From positions 16,440 through 80,439 of the forward strand of contig JANXEK010000001.1 of the NCBI GenBank assembly GCA_025058595.1: 64,000 nt of DNA. Direction: 5' to 3'. Shown piece after piece: positions 1 through 9,695 of this stretch. The notes under the pieces were generated by a model. That model had not been told where the DNA came from, ran no database searches, and worked only from the letters and a program-made list of their open reading frames with translations. The translations under genes were made by a program, and so were the position numbers. Numbering within the stretch: the first letter of the stretch is position 1; each line of letters starts with the position of its first letter. The DNA comes from Candidatus Bathyarchaeota archaeon. GTDB lineage: Archaea > Thermoproteota > CALKCG01 > B24 > DRYS01.

Positions 1-310
1 AGATATTAGGGCGTATACATGAACGGTGTAACGGATGCTAGGGATGCTAAACCTGTTATCGTTCGAGGATGACGTATAAACGGTGGTGCAAACGGGTTCG
101 GTGGATAATCCCACAACTACCAAGATCATCACAGTAGAGAGTAAGGTTAGAGCCTCCAGACTATGAATTTAGCGAGGTAGGATATTCTGAGGAGCTAGAG
201 ATAGTTAGCGATATGATACTATCCAGCTTCAAATGAAGCTACTAGTAGATACGCCGCTAGATAAAGTGAATAATAGGTATGCCACTTAAACTTCCATGTA
301 TAGGTAAGGT

Positions 311-325
311 TAAAGAATAAATCCT
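311..325 (+). promoter_or_regulatory. A/T-rich TATA-like element upstream of tRNA-Thr
   Basis: taaagaataaatcc lies about 30-40 nt upstream of the tRNA 5' end. The spacing is only loosely archaeal-promoter-like. Confidence 0.2.
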
Positions 326-351
326 TGAAATCTGAAACTACCTAGTAGAGA

Positions 352-425
352 GCCTCGGTAGCTCAGCTAGGTAGAGCGGCAGCCTTGTAAGCTGCGGGTC
401 GCGGGTTCAAATCCCGCCCGAGGCT
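352..425 (+). tRNA. tRNA-Thr (anticodon TGT)
   Basis: Cloverleaf folded by hand: acceptor gcctcgg/ccgaggc, D-stem gctc/gagc, anticodon stem gcagc/gctgc with loop cttgtaa (anticodon TGT), T-stem gcggg/cccgc with loop ttcaaat, discriminator T. No CCA is encoded. Confidence 0.85.
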
Positions 426-481
426 TCGATATCTTTACCCCTGACAACGTGAATACAATCGAATAATCATCGTCAAAAAGA

Positions 482-510
482 GTTTTCGATTGCTTGGAGA
501 AGTCGAAAAC
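482..510. other. Perfect 8-bp inverted repeat (GTTTTCGA ... TCGAAAAC, 13-nt spacer) in the convergent tRNA/CaCA intergenic region; possible terminator hairpin
   Basis: Read directly from sequence at 482-489 and 503-510. Confidence 0.3.
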
Positions 511-746
511 ATCTCCCTTCTCCATAGATAGGGAAACGATCTAATCGAAAATAAAGCCTACATAGAGTATGCGACCTTGAGAGAGAAAGCTTGATAATAT
601 CCTAACAATTTATCTGAACTATGAAAAAATAGAAGTATGCTTTCCAATCTTCCATTGATGGGCATATAGTCTTGAACTAGAGGATATTCATGAAGTTTAT
701 TGTAGCAGAGGAATAGCTCCGAAAGAGTCTGTATATCGGTTGAAGA

Positions 747-1703
747 CTATGCTATGAGGATTGTTTCTAGGATATATAATACTATAACTAGCGCCATTAC
801 GGCTAAGCCATGTATTCTTTCGATATTTCTACCGTATCTACTTGCGATTAAGGCTAGGATTGTTGCAAGGTTCATGAAAGGTATAGTGAAGATTATATCG
901 GTTACGGTGACTTCTGGCTGTGTCGTTAAACCTATTATTCCTAGTACTAGTGTTATCGTTATTATGTTGTCTCCTATAACGTTTCCGAGAGCTATATCAT
1001 GCTCATCTCTGAATGCTGCAGATATAGAGACAGCTATCTCAGGGATTATGCATCCTAGCGATAATATATTCATACCGGCGTATAGATGGCTTAATCTCAA
1101 CGTATCCGCCATAATCGTGGCGCTATAAACGAGTATGTACGCACCGGTTACGAGGGTTAAACCGTAAGTTATTATAGCAGCCAGGTTTCTGATAGCTTTA
1201 TATCCATATTTACAGCCTCCGTTAGTTAGGAACCCACTCTGATTTGTTAACTTTATAGAACGGTATAGGTAGATGGGGTATGCTAATAGGAACATAGATG
1301 ATATCCATGAAGTTAATCTACGCGTTACGAAAAGGAGAAGCATAAGGGTAGTAGATAGAATTAACATAACTAAAGCCTCCTTCCTCAAAGCGTGGCGATC
1401 TAAGTTTAGTCTCTTTTTAGCTAGCCAACAGATACCTATAACCACCGGTATATTGTATATGTTTGAACCCACTATATTACCTAACGCCATATGAGGAGAA
1501 TTACTGTAGGTAGCCGCTACTACCGAGGTTATCAGCTCTGGTAGAGCTGTTATGAAAGCTACGATAATTGCCCCGAGATAGATTTTACTTAAGTTTAGAT
1601 TGTATGCTAGCTTAGACACATATTCGACGATCCTACCTGAACTTACGTATAGCAGGGTTATACCTCCCAGTATACCGAGGAGGCTGTATACTAAATCCCA
1701 CAA
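747..1703 (-). CDS. CaCA-family Na+/Ca2+ exchanger (YrbG-like) membrane protein
   Basis: Polytopic hydrophobic ORF with two alpha-repeat-like motifs (GNIVGSNIYNI and ALGNVIGDNIITITLVLG). Confidence 0.7.
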   Translation of the reverse strand: MWDLVYSLLGILGGITLLYVSSGRIVEYVSKLAYNLNLSKIYLGAIIVAFITALPELITSVVAATYSNSPHMALGNIVGSNIYNIPVVIGICWLAKKRLNLDRHALRKEALVMLILSTTLMLLLFVTRRLTSWISSMFLLAYPIYLYRSIKLTNQSGFLTNGGCKYGYKAIRNLAAIITYGLTLVTGAYILVYSATIMADTLRLSHLYAGMNILSLGCIIPEIAVSISAAFRDEHDIALGNVIGDNIITITLVLGIIGLTTQPEVTVTDIIFTIPFMNLATILALIASRYGRNIERIHGLAVMALVIVLYILETILIA

Positions 1704-1841
1704 ATCTGATGATAGAACTTATTACTGCTTTAACATCCTATATATAAATATTTCTTGTTTATAGGAGATATCTAGCTTCTGGTTAACGAGCTACCGAAAA
1801 TCTTATGAAGATTACATGTAACAGTTATCGATGGCGGTTTC

Positions 1842-3107
1842 ATGACGGAATATGAATACGATAGGGATAGACGAATAGCGTGGTGGCGTGAAGCTAGATT
1901 CGGTATGTTCATACACTGGGGTCTATACGCCATACCTGCTGGGGTCTGGAAAGGTAGATGTATACCTGGCGTAGGCGAGTGGATAATGTATAACGCTAGG
2001 ATATCTGTAAAGGAGTATGAGAAGCTTACTAAAAGGTTTAATCCTATAAAGTTTGATGCGAGGGAATGGGTTCGTATAACGAAGGATGCTGGTATGAAGT
2101 ATATTGTTATAACGGCTAAACATCACGATGGATTCTGTATGTTCGATACGAAATATACAGATTATAACATCGTTAAGGCAACCCCGTTTGGAAGAGACCC
2201 GCTCGAAGAGCTTAGAGAGGCAAGCAAGGCAGAAGGGTTGAAACTTGGATTTTACTATTCGCAAACATTTGATTGGCATCACCCAGATGGTATGGGTAAC
2301 GATTGGGATTACGATCTATCGAAGCAGAATTTCGCTAGGTACTTCAGGGAGTATGTGGAGCCGCAGATTGAAGAGCTTCTAACGAACTATAAGCCGGTAG
2401 CAGTCTTATGGCTCGATATAACTACGCCTATACCTGAGCTTGCACGTGAGCTTAGAGATATGGTTCGCAGACTATCTCCTGAGACGATTATAAGTGGACG
2501 TATAGGTGGGAGGGTAGGTAGACCCGCTACTCTATCTAGGGGTTTAGCCGACTATATATCTATGGGTGATAATCAGATACCAGATAGAAAGATAGGTGAT
2601 GATTGGGAGGTACCTATGACTCTCAACGATACATGGGGTTATAAGAGCTACGATCATAACTGGAAATCTCCCGGCAAAGTCATCCAGATACTAGTAGAGG
2701 TTGTAGGTAAAGGTGGGAATCTACTGCTTAATGTAGGACCTACGGCTGAGGGGGAGATACCTAAGCCATCTGTAGATATACTACTAGAAGTCGGTAGATG
2801 GCTTAGAATCAATGGAGAGAGTATCTATGGTGCCGGAGCGGCTCCCCTTGATATGCCCAACGATGCACCTTACAGATTTACATATAAACCTGGTAAGCTC
2901 TATATACACGTATTCGGATGGCCTTGGGATGGAGAACTCAGAATATTCGATGCAGAGGGGAAGATTAAACCTGTAGAAGCATACTTCCTAGAGGATCGGG
3001 GATATGGAGGGTTAACCTATAAGTGGAGTGGGAGGGATCTAGTGATAGAAGTACCTGAGAAACCTTTGGATCCTATCGATACAGTCATAGTGTTGGAGGA
3101 AGGATAG
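1842..3107 (+). CDS. alpha-L-fucosidase, GH29 family
   Basis: The N-terminus (WWREARFGMFIHWGLYAIPAG) and overall ~420 aa length are typical of GH29. Confidence 0.8.
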   Translation: MTEYEYDRDRRIAWWREARFGMFIHWGLYAIPAGVWKGRCIPGVGEWIMYNARISVKEYEKLTKRFNPIKFDAREWVRITKDAGMKYIVITAKHHDGFCMFDTKYTDYNIVKATPFGRDPLEELREASKAEGLKLGFYYSQTFDWHHPDGMGNDWDYDLSKQNFARYFREYVEPQIEELLTNYKPVAVLWLDITTPIPELARELRDMVRRLSPETIISGRIGGRVGRPATLSRGLADYISMGDNQIPDRKIGDDWEVPMTLNDTWGYKSYDHNWKSPGKVIQILVEVVGKGGNLLLNVGPTAEGEIPKPSVDILLEVGRWLRINGESIYGAGAAPLDMPNDAPYRFTYKPGKLYIHVFGWPWDGELRIFDAEGKIKPVEAYFLEDRGYGGLTYKWSGRDLVIEVPEKPLDPIDTVIVLEEG

Positions 3108-3130
3108 CTGCACGCAGATGAATAGCTAAC

Positions 3131-5143
3131 TTAACCTAAAGATTTAAACACCTTAACATCCAGCCCGTTAACCTCGATCTCTCCTTGAACCCTTTCTCCA
3201 GCTAGGATATCTAGGCATTCCTCCACTAGATGTATCCTAACAGGGGTTTCGTTATAATTTAACACGAATATTATCCTAATCCTACCATCGGAGCTTATCC
3301 TCTCGATAGCTTCGACCCCATCTAACGGGGGTAGGATAGGCTTTATACCCAACGTTCTGATCAGCCAATCCGTGAACGGCATATAGCTACTCGTATCTAG
3401 GAACGAACCGATATATATAGCGATACCCTTACCATACCTATTCATCGTTATAGCCGGTCTATCCTTGTATAAACCAGCCTTATAATATGCGATAGCATCA
3501 GCTCCTCTAAGCGATAGCATCTCAGCCCAGCATCTACCTGACATCTCTATCTTCCCACCGGTTACAGCTCCATTCATCTCCATATACACCCGGCTATCAT
3601 CCGGTAGACCAGTGTACTCCTCTACATGTATACCGAATACATCGGATAAACCACCGGGTAACGTAGAATCCACGATAACGTTATTCCAATCCTTCGCTCC
3701 AGTTCTAGGCGTCGCTACTAGTGTACCTCCATCCTTAACATAGCCTCTCAACTTATCTTCTATATGCTCATTCATTAGGATGAGCGAAGGTGCGAAGACT
3801 ACCTTATATCTAGATAAGTCTTCCCTAGAGGGGTCGGCGAAGTCCACCGCTATATTCTTGGAGTACAATGCTCTATAGAAGTCTAGAGCTGGATCCCAGG
3901 AACTTAACCCATAGTAACCCCTCCCTCCGTACGTTAACTCTAGATCCCAAGCCCATATGCTATCGTAAACTAGGGTGAAAGCTATCTCCGGTTTAACACT
4001 CGTCCCCTCTATATAGGGAGCTACCCTTCTAAGATCTTCTGAGATCTTCTTTACTTCGAAGAACCTCCTCCTAGGGATGCCATCATGATCTAGGATGCCA
4101 TGCCAATACTCCTCCGCTCCAAACCTACAAGTCCTCCACGTGAAGTATAGTATTCCATCAGCACCTCTCGCTACCGATTGGAATGTCCAAAGCCTTATCT
4201 CGCCAGGTTTAGGTATAGGAGCCATAGAAGTCTTTATCGCTCCGCTCTGTAGCTCCATAACCCAGTAACCCTTCTTCTTCAAGCTACGCATGACGTCATG
4301 CGCCATAGCTCCTCTCGCATAATCGGTGATCAAACTACGTTTAGGATAGTAATCGAAGGAGACGATATCTAGCGGTTCGGCTATCTTGAAATAATCCAAC
4401 TCCTTATATAGCCCCATAAGGTTATGCGTAACTATATGGTGCGACGCGATCCTTCGAATAATCTCGATCTGTATCTTCTGATACTTCACCCATGAATCGC
4501 TCATGAACCTATGCCAATCGAGACATAGGCTAGGATTCTGCATATCTAAAGGCGGTCTAGGCGGTTGCACTTCGCTCCAATCCCCGTATTCTTGACTCCA
4601 GAATACGGATCCCCAAGATCTATTCAACACTTCTATATCCCTGTATCTCCCTCTAAGCCAGTCTCTGAAGGCTTCTACACAGTTATCACAGTAGCATGGA
4701 TCTATCCCGAACTCGTTATCTATCTGCCAACCTATAACGTAGGGATTATCCCTATAGTGGGAAGCCATCCTTTCGACTATCCTTCTAGTATACATGATAT
4801 AGCTAGGATTATTCGGACAGTAGTTCCGTCTAGTCCCAGCGGGGCTCCTAACACCGTTAGGATCCATACGTAGAATATCCGGATATCTCCTCACAAGCCA
4901 TGGTGGAGGAGCTGCGGTCGGGGTACCCAGTATCACCTTCATACCCTTCTTAGCGAGTATATCTATAGCTTCATCAAGCCATCCGAAATCGTATACGCCA
5001 TCCCTAGGCTCTAGCCTACTCCAAGAGAATTCTGCTAAACGTACCACGTTAAAGCTTAACTCCGCCATCAGTTCCGCATCTCTATCCCATCTACTTCTAG
5101 GCCAATATTCAGGGTAATAATCTACACCGAATACGAGCCTCAA
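3131..5143 (-). CDS. beta-galactosidase, GH42 family
   Basis: A 670 aa ORF whose N-terminus (FGVDYYPEYWPRSRWDRDAELMAELSFNVVRLAEFSW) matches the GH42 TIM-barrel start. Confidence 0.8.
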   Translation of the reverse strand: MRLVFGVDYYPEYWPRSRWDRDAELMAELSFNVVRLAEFSWSRLEPRDGVYDFGWLDEAIDILAKKGMKVILGTPTAAPPPWLVRRYPDILRMDPNGVRSPAGTRRNYCPNNPSYIMYTRRIVERMASHYRDNPYVIGWQIDNEFGIDPCYCDNCVEAFRDWLRGRYRDIEVLNRSWGSVFWSQEYGDWSEVQPPRPPLDMQNPSLCLDWHRFMSDSWVKYQKIQIEIIRRIASHHIVTHNLMGLYKELDYFKIAEPLDIVSFDYYPKRSLITDYARGAMAHDVMRSLKKKGYWVMELQSGAIKTSMAPIPKPGEIRLWTFQSVARGADGILYFTWRTCRFGAEEYWHGILDHDGIPRRRFFEVKKISEDLRRVAPYIEGTSVKPEIAFTLVYDSIWAWDLELTYGGRGYYGLSSWDPALDFYRALYSKNIAVDFADPSREDLSRYKVVFAPSLILMNEHIEDKLRGYVKDGGTLVATPRTGAKDWNNVIVDSTLPGGLSDVFGIHVEEYTGLPDDSRVYMEMNGAVTGGKIEMSGRCWAEMLSLRGADAIAYYKAGLYKDRPAITMNRYGKGIAIYIGSFLDTSSYMPFTDWLIRTLGIKPILPPLDGVEAIERISSDGRIRIIFVLNYNETPVRIHLVEECLDILAGERVQGEIEVNGLDVKVFKSLG

Positions 5144-5209
5144 AGCTATACTACACCGAAGATATATGCTGCCTATCTCAGGTAATTAAACGTGATACTT
5201 GATTCAAAC

Positions 5210-6334
5210 CTATAGAGGACAGTAAGTTATCCCTCTGGCATAGGGGCAGTGGCTACACGTAGGTGTATTACCCCAGCAATCAGATTCGTTCGTTAAAGTG
5301 TAACTACAATAGTTTCCAAGATTGCAATCTAAGCATGATGGAAACCTCCAAGTCTTAACTTTAAATCTGAGCCTAGCATAATTTTCATCCATCCATATGG
5401 ATCTTAAACTACCTATCTGCAGATCACCGAACGTTACAGATTCTATCCACCGTCGAATACCCTTCACGGTAGGTGTCCATGGGTGAGCATAATTTATACA
5501 TGGAGCTATCGTTCCATCCCATCTAACATATAGAGCCCTACTCTCCATGAACGGACATCTAGCATGAGCAGATATATCCATGCATGGTTTGATGACGTTA
5601 ACGTTTGCGCTAAAGGCTAGACGGCCTAACTTCAAGAATAATTCTCTATAATCTAATCTACCTATCAAACTGAATACTTCATCCTCTCTACTTGTAGCGA
5701 TATAGTTACTTATTATAAGGTTGCACGCTCCGATATGGCTGGCATAGTCGAGCATAGATTCTACCAGATGACTATTCAGAGCTGAGAGTGTGAAATGTAT
5801 GTTTACTCTAGGTTTAGCCGAGAGATTCTCTATCTTAAGCTGTTTGATCCTCTCTAAACCTTTAGATACAGATTCAAGGTCCCCCCCGGATCTGATTCTT
5901 TCGTATAGTAGCGGATCTGGTGAATCTATACTTACCGTAAGTTCATCAAGCTTCAGCTTCCATAAAGTATCTGCGTAGTCTCCTATCAAGTAACCGTTGG
6001 TATTCAAGTTAACCTCTAATCTATTAGATTTAGCTTCTTCCACCATCCATAAGATATCCGGGTGAACCATAGGTTCACCCCAACCGGATATGATAAGCTT
6101 CTTCACACCGATCCTGGAAGCTTCATCTAAAACCCTTCTATACATAGCTCTACTCATATCACCTAACCGTAACCTACCGTGTAGACTGAACCTGAAACAG
6201 TGTATACATGAGAAATTGCATCTCGTCGTAACCTCGACCATCATGGATCTGGGGTGCGATTTCTCATCAAGCTCTATTAACCATTCATCGAACGATATTT
6301 TAACCATATCTGCCAAGTTTTGATAGCATAGCAA
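5210..6334 (-). CDS. radical SAM protein with C-terminal SPASM-type Cys-rich domain (putative tungsten-cofactor oxidoreductase maturase)
   Basis: CxxxCxxC motif (CNFSCIHC) near the N-terminus and a C-terminal cluster of about 10 Cys residues (SPASM/twitch-like). It is divergently adjacent to the AOR gene. Confidence 0.7.
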   Translation of the reverse strand: MLCYQNLADMVKISFDEWLIELDEKSHPRSMMVEVTTRCNFSCIHCFRFSLHGRLRLGDMSRAMYRRVLDEASRIGVKKLIISGWGEPMVHPDILWMVEEAKSNRLEVNLNTNGYLIGDYADTLWKLKLDELTVSIDSPDPLLYERIRSGGDLESVSKGLERIKQLKIENLSAKPRVNIHFTLSALNSHLVESMLDYASHIGACNLIISNYIATSREDEVFSLIGRLDYRELFLKLGRLAFSANVNVIKPCMDISAHARCPFMESRALYVRWDGTIAPCINYAHPWTPTVKGIRRWIESVTFGDLQIGSLRSIWMDENYARLRFKVKTWRFPSCLDCNLGNYCSYTLTNESDCWGNTPTCSHCPYARGITYCPL

Positions 6335-6335
6335 G

Positions 6336-6375
6336 TTTTATTTAACCTAAACTGTATAGCATTTACATGGAGACT
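6336..6375. promoter_or_regulatory. shared divergent promoter region (A/T-rich, ttttattta) between the radical-SAM and AOR genes
   Basis: A 48-nt intergenic spacer with a TATA-like tract lies ~40 nt upstream of the AOR ATG. Confidence 0.25.
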
Positions 6376-6382
6376 GTAAGGT

Positions 6383-8275
6383 ATGCCCCCCGGAGGATAT
6401 ACTGGTAGAATTTTAAGGGTTAACCTATGGGATTACAGCATTCGATACGAATCTCTACCGGAAGATGTGTTGAAGAAGTGGATTGGAGGAAGGGGGTTAG
6501 GCGTATACCTTATGCTTAAAGAAGTCGATCCGAAGATCGATCCTTTAAGTCCTGCGAATAAAGCTATGGTTATGACAGGCCCTCTAACCGGTGTTGTAGG
6601 TGTACCCGCATCTGGTAGATGGTGTTCGGTTACAAAATCTCCGCTAACCTATACCATACATGATGCTCATAGTGGAGGTAAGTTTGGACCTGAACTGAAG
6701 TTCGCAGGGTTTGACGCCATTATACTGGAGGGCGAGGCCGATTCCCCAGTATATCTATGGGTATATGATGGTAAGGCTGAGCTTAGAGATGCAACTCACC
6801 TATGGGGTAAAGATACGCATCAAACGACAGATGCGATAAAAGAGGAGTTGGCAGAAGAGATAGGTTCGGATGAAGCTACGAATGTAAAGGTAGCGTGTAT
6901 AGGTCCTGCAGGGGAGAATCTAGTAAGGTTTGCATGTATAATAAACGATAAATCTAGGGCAGCCGGTAGGGGAGGACATGGCGCTGTATGGGGGTCTAAA
7001 AGGTTTAAAGCTATAGCCGTTAGGGGTCATAAGAGGCCATCTATAGCTAACGAGAACCGGTTTAGAGAAGCTGTTATAGAAGCGATGGAAAAGATAAAGA
7101 AATCGGCTGTAACATCTGAGGCTCTACCTAAGCTTGGGACCTCGGTTCTAGTCAACATTATAAATGCCCATGGAATATACCCGACTAGAAACTTCCAGAC
7201 AGGTGTGTTTCCGACCGCTGATAAGACGAGCGGGGAAGTTATAGCAGAGAAGATTATGGATTGGGATATGCAGAGAGAGGAGATATGTTGGGGTTGCCCT
7301 ATAGGATGCGCCAGATATACGAGGATAACCGAGCCGCCGTTTACGGGTGAAGGCGGAGGACCAGAATACGAAACTGTATGGGCTCTAGGAGCTCAAACCG
7401 GGACGGATAACCTTGCCGCTATATCAAAGGCACATTACCTTTGTAACGAGCTTGGATTAGATGGTATCAGTATGGGACATGTTATAGGTACGTTTATGGA
7501 GCTCGTGGAGAAGGGAAGGATACCTACTGAAAAGCTTAGAGGATTAAAGGCTTTCTGGGGTAACGGTGAAGCTCTCGTAGAGCTTAGCTGGAGAACCGCT
7601 TATCGTTCAGGTATAGGGGATGATTTAGCCGAGGGATCTGTTAGGCTCGCAGAGAAATATGGCATGCCAGAGCTCGCGATGGCTGTTCGAGGGCAGGAGC
7701 TTCCGGCATACGATCCTAGGGGTGTTCAAGGTCATGGCTTAGCATATGCTACCAGTAATAGGGGTGGATGCCATCTCAGAGCGTACCTAATAGCACCTGA
7801 AATCCTAGGTATACCGAGGCTCGTAGATAGATTCGATACTAAAGGTAAAGGCTTACTTGTTAAGGAGTTCCAAGATGTATTCGCAGTCGTAGATAGCCTT
7901 ATAGTCTGTAAGTTCGATACATTCGCTTTATGGGATGAAGACTTTGCTTCGTTCCTATCTGCTGTAACCGGGTGGAGTTATACTGCCGAATCGCTCAGAG
8001 AAATTGGTGAAAGGATATGGAACGCTGAACGGTGTTTCAATATACTCTCGTTCGGTGATGGAAAACAATACGATACACTACCTAGAAGATTACTAGAGGA
8101 GCCTATGCCTGAGGGGCCTGCTAAAGGCTATACCGTTAGACTGGATGAGATGCTTAAAGAGTATTACGAAGTAAGAGGCTGGATAGATGGTAGACCGACC
8201 TGCGAAACACTTAAAAAATTGGATCTTACATGGATTGCTGAAAGATTAGCTGAAGAAAAGCTGCTTCCAGGTTGA
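6383..8275 (+). CDS. aor: aldehyde:ferredoxin oxidoreductase family (tungstopterin enzyme, AOR/FOR/GAPOR-like)
   Basis: A 630 aa ORF with an N-terminus (GGYTGRILRVNL ... ESLPEDVLKKWIGGRGLG) characteristic of the AOR family. Confidence 0.85.
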   Translation: MPPGGYTGRILRVNLWDYSIRYESLPEDVLKKWIGGRGLGVYLMLKEVDPKIDPLSPANKAMVMTGPLTGVVGVPASGRWCSVTKSPLTYTIHDAHSGGKFGPELKFAGFDAIILEGEADSPVYLWVYDGKAELRDATHLWGKDTHQTTDAIKEELAEEIGSDEATNVKVACIGPAGENLVRFACIINDKSRAAGRGGHGAVWGSKRFKAIAVRGHKRPSIANENRFREAVIEAMEKIKKSAVTSEALPKLGTSVLVNIINAHGIYPTRNFQTGVFPTADKTSGEVIAEKIMDWDMQREEICWGCPIGCARYTRITEPPFTGEGGGPEYETVWALGAQTGTDNLAAISKAHYLCNELGLDGISMGHVIGTFMELVEKGRIPTEKLRGLKAFWGNGEALVELSWRTAYRSGIGDDLAEGSVRLAEKYGMPELAMAVRGQELPAYDPRGVQGHGLAYATSNRGGCHLRAYLIAPEILGIPRLVDRFDTKGKGLLVKEFQDVFAVVDSLIVCKFDTFALWDEDFASFLSAVTGWSYTAESLREIGERIWNAERCFNILSFGDGKQYDTLPRRLLEEPMPEGPAKGYTVRLDEMLKEYYEVRGWIDGRPTCETLKKLDLTWIAERLAEEKLLPG

Positions 8276-8292
8276 TTTCCAACTTCTCTCCA

Positions 8293-8304
8293 TCTTATTT
8301 TTTG
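8293..8304 (+). terminator. oligo-T tract (ttatttttt) immediately downstream of the AOR stop; archaeal-type terminator
   Basis: A run of 6 T within a T-rich stretch lies 18 nt after the stop codon. Confidence 0.4.
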
Positions 8305-8432
8305 TACCCCCTTACCTATTACCGATTCGATGAAGATCGGGAGATGATGTCTAGCCTAATACTACTGCCGACTCTTATCCTTGGATTTAGGTTAAGTTTA
8401 TTATTCAGGCTCCACTAATAAGCTACCGAGTT

Positions 8433-9068
8433 ATGCTTAAGTTAAGTTTGAAAATCCTCCGCGATATAGAGGCTAAACCCTACATGTTACTCGTAGGAGT
8501 CGGTGAACTTGGATCTTTAATTCTTAGGAAGTTGCGATCTGTAGCAGGAGGCATACTATTCGCCTATATGTACATCCCCTATAACCCCGATTACATCGAT
8601 ACAGATGAGCTAGGTTTAGCTAAGCTAAATACCTTTGAATGGTACTATATATCGGATTCGGATCCTAAGGTGATGTTGATCGAAGCTAGAATCCAGCCTA
8701 TCTCTATCAGTCCTGAACCGTATTACGAGGTGGCAGGTTTTATGCTAGACTACATTCGTAGGCTTAGATGTAAACTTATAGTGGTGTTGGATGGCGTCAA
8801 ATCTAGTAGCGAGGGGATACTAGCGTTTGCTTCTAGGAGAAGCCTCTTAAGCAAGCTTGAAGGATACCATGTTAAAGCTATGCATGGAGGTAGAGTCGAT
8901 GGCCTTTCAGGGTTGATAGTGGGTTTAGCTGGGATGAAGAATATGGATGCTATAGGTTTGTTAGCGTCGTTCATAGATGAATCTAGCATACCCATCGTAT
9001 CCTCCACTCTTCTAGGGCTTATCCTATCGGCGTTTAAGATCAGGATCCCCGGCGTCTATGAGACGTAG
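8433..9068 (+). CDS. PAC2-family protein (proteasome assembly chaperone-like, PbaB-like)
   Basis: MLLVGVGELGSLI ... GLIVGLAGMKNMDAIGLLAS parallels the PAC2 protein at 55153-55929 (VIEGFPGLGYIGRI ... VGLAGVILGIAK). Confidence 0.5.
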   Translation: MLKLSLKILRDIEAKPYMLLVGVGELGSLILRKLRSVAGGILFAYMYIPYNPDYIDTDELGLAKLNTFEWYYISDSDPKVMLIEARIQPISISPEPYYEVAGFMLDYIRRLRCKLIVVLDGVKSSSEGILAFASRRSLLSKLEGYHVKAMHGGRVDGLSGLIVGLAGMKNMDAIGLLASFIDESSIPIVSSTLLGLILSAFKIRIPGVYET

Positions 9069-9069
9069 C

Positions 9070-9335
9070 CTATTCTATGACTATCATAGTTAGAGTGCTC
9101 TGAACATGCTCCAGTCTCCTTATCCTCCACGTAACTATCTCCTTAAGCTTCTCCATACTATCGGCTTATAGGGGGCTTAACAACCCCTTTCTACCCTGAC
9201 TATTATGTCGTATATACCGTACACCATATACGCTTCCTTCACGTTCTCTATCTTCCTCAGTGATTTTAAAACTTCATCCTCATATCCTATCTCGGCGTTT
9301 ATGAGGACGAATGCTTTCGGCATAGCCGAAAGCAT
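9070..9335 (-). pseudogene. stand-alone RAM (Lrp/AsnC C-terminal-like ACT) domain gene disrupted by a frameshift and premature stops
   Basis: The N-part 9177-9335 encodes MLSAMPKAFVLINAEIGYEDEVLKSLRKIENVKEAYMVYGIYDIIVRVERGC*. The C-part 9070-9156, in another frame, encodes MEKLKEIVTWRIRRLEHVQSTLTMIVIE*. Together they reconstruct a ~80 aa RAM domain like the intact ones at 50389-50870. A TAA at 9166-9168 also precedes the second ATG. Confidence 0.5.
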
Positions 9336-9374
9336 AATATTTAACTAGAAAACCTAATTAATCTTTGCATTCGC

Positions 9375-9653
9375 TCAGCGTTTAACCTCTATCTTACTAA
9401 GCCTCACTCCTAAACGATGAATAGTATAGCCACACTTAACACAGCTTAAAAGTATCACCTGCTTCTTAGTAATTTTAGCATGCTCCCTCTGCTCTGGGAA
9501 CTTCTGACCTCCATACCCGTGCAGCTGCCATTCATGATGCCTAGCACCTTTCCGGAGGGCGCTCTCCCTTCCACGTCTATATATCGATACCTTATGCTCT
9601 GTTTTCTCCCTACACCTAGGGCAATAGGTGTTGATGGATGCAGGTACCTTCAT
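9375..9653 (-). CDS. rpl44e: ribosomal protein L44e (eL42)
   Basis: A 92 aa C4 zinc-ribbon protein (CPRC ... CVKC) with basic composition typical of L44e. Confidence 0.8.
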   Translation of the reverse strand: MKVPASINTYCPRCREKTEHKVSIYRRGRESALRKGARHHEWQLHGYGGQKFPEQREHAKITKKQVILLSCVKCGYTIHRLGVRLSKIEVKR

Positions 9654-9695
9654 ACCTTCTATATGGGGGGTTTGAGGGTGATATAAGGGTTTTCT

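Noticed and set aside
754-1494. ORFs 754-1128 and 1273-1494 (+) nested antisense in the CaCA exchanger gene
   Set aside because: They are fully contained within a well-supported membrane-protein gene on the opposite strand, have low-complexity composition and no motifs. They are treated as spurious, as are the other nested antisense ORFs (1923-2282, 4565-4873, 5790-5978, 6090-6323, 8750-9007, 9480-9686, 10294-10587, 12511-12744, 14169-14384, 15661-15990, 16875-17060, 17792-18606, 18742-18978, 19580-19771, 22210-22446, 22887-23111, 23981-24187, 24745-24957, 25225-25446, 28057-28347, 29234-29479, 32361-33176, 33464-33724, 36994-37218, 37651-37947, 38743-38934, 39609-40067, 40491-40676, 41758-42123, 43659-43856, 44823-45041, 46004-46999, 47065-47298, 47394-48074, 49170-49394, 49593-49817, 50606-50818, 50952-51173, 51544-51756, 52828-53103, 54583-54912, 55880-56071, 57168-57539, 58404-58682, 59027-59434, 60522-60842, 60960-61157, 61771-62034, 63307-63552, 63740-63925).
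9140-9180. In-frame stop-codon readthrough (recoding) in the RAM-domain gene
   Set aside because: Careful re-translation shows the two halves are in different reading frames and each frame has its own stop. A frameshift pseudogene is therefore the simpler explanation.
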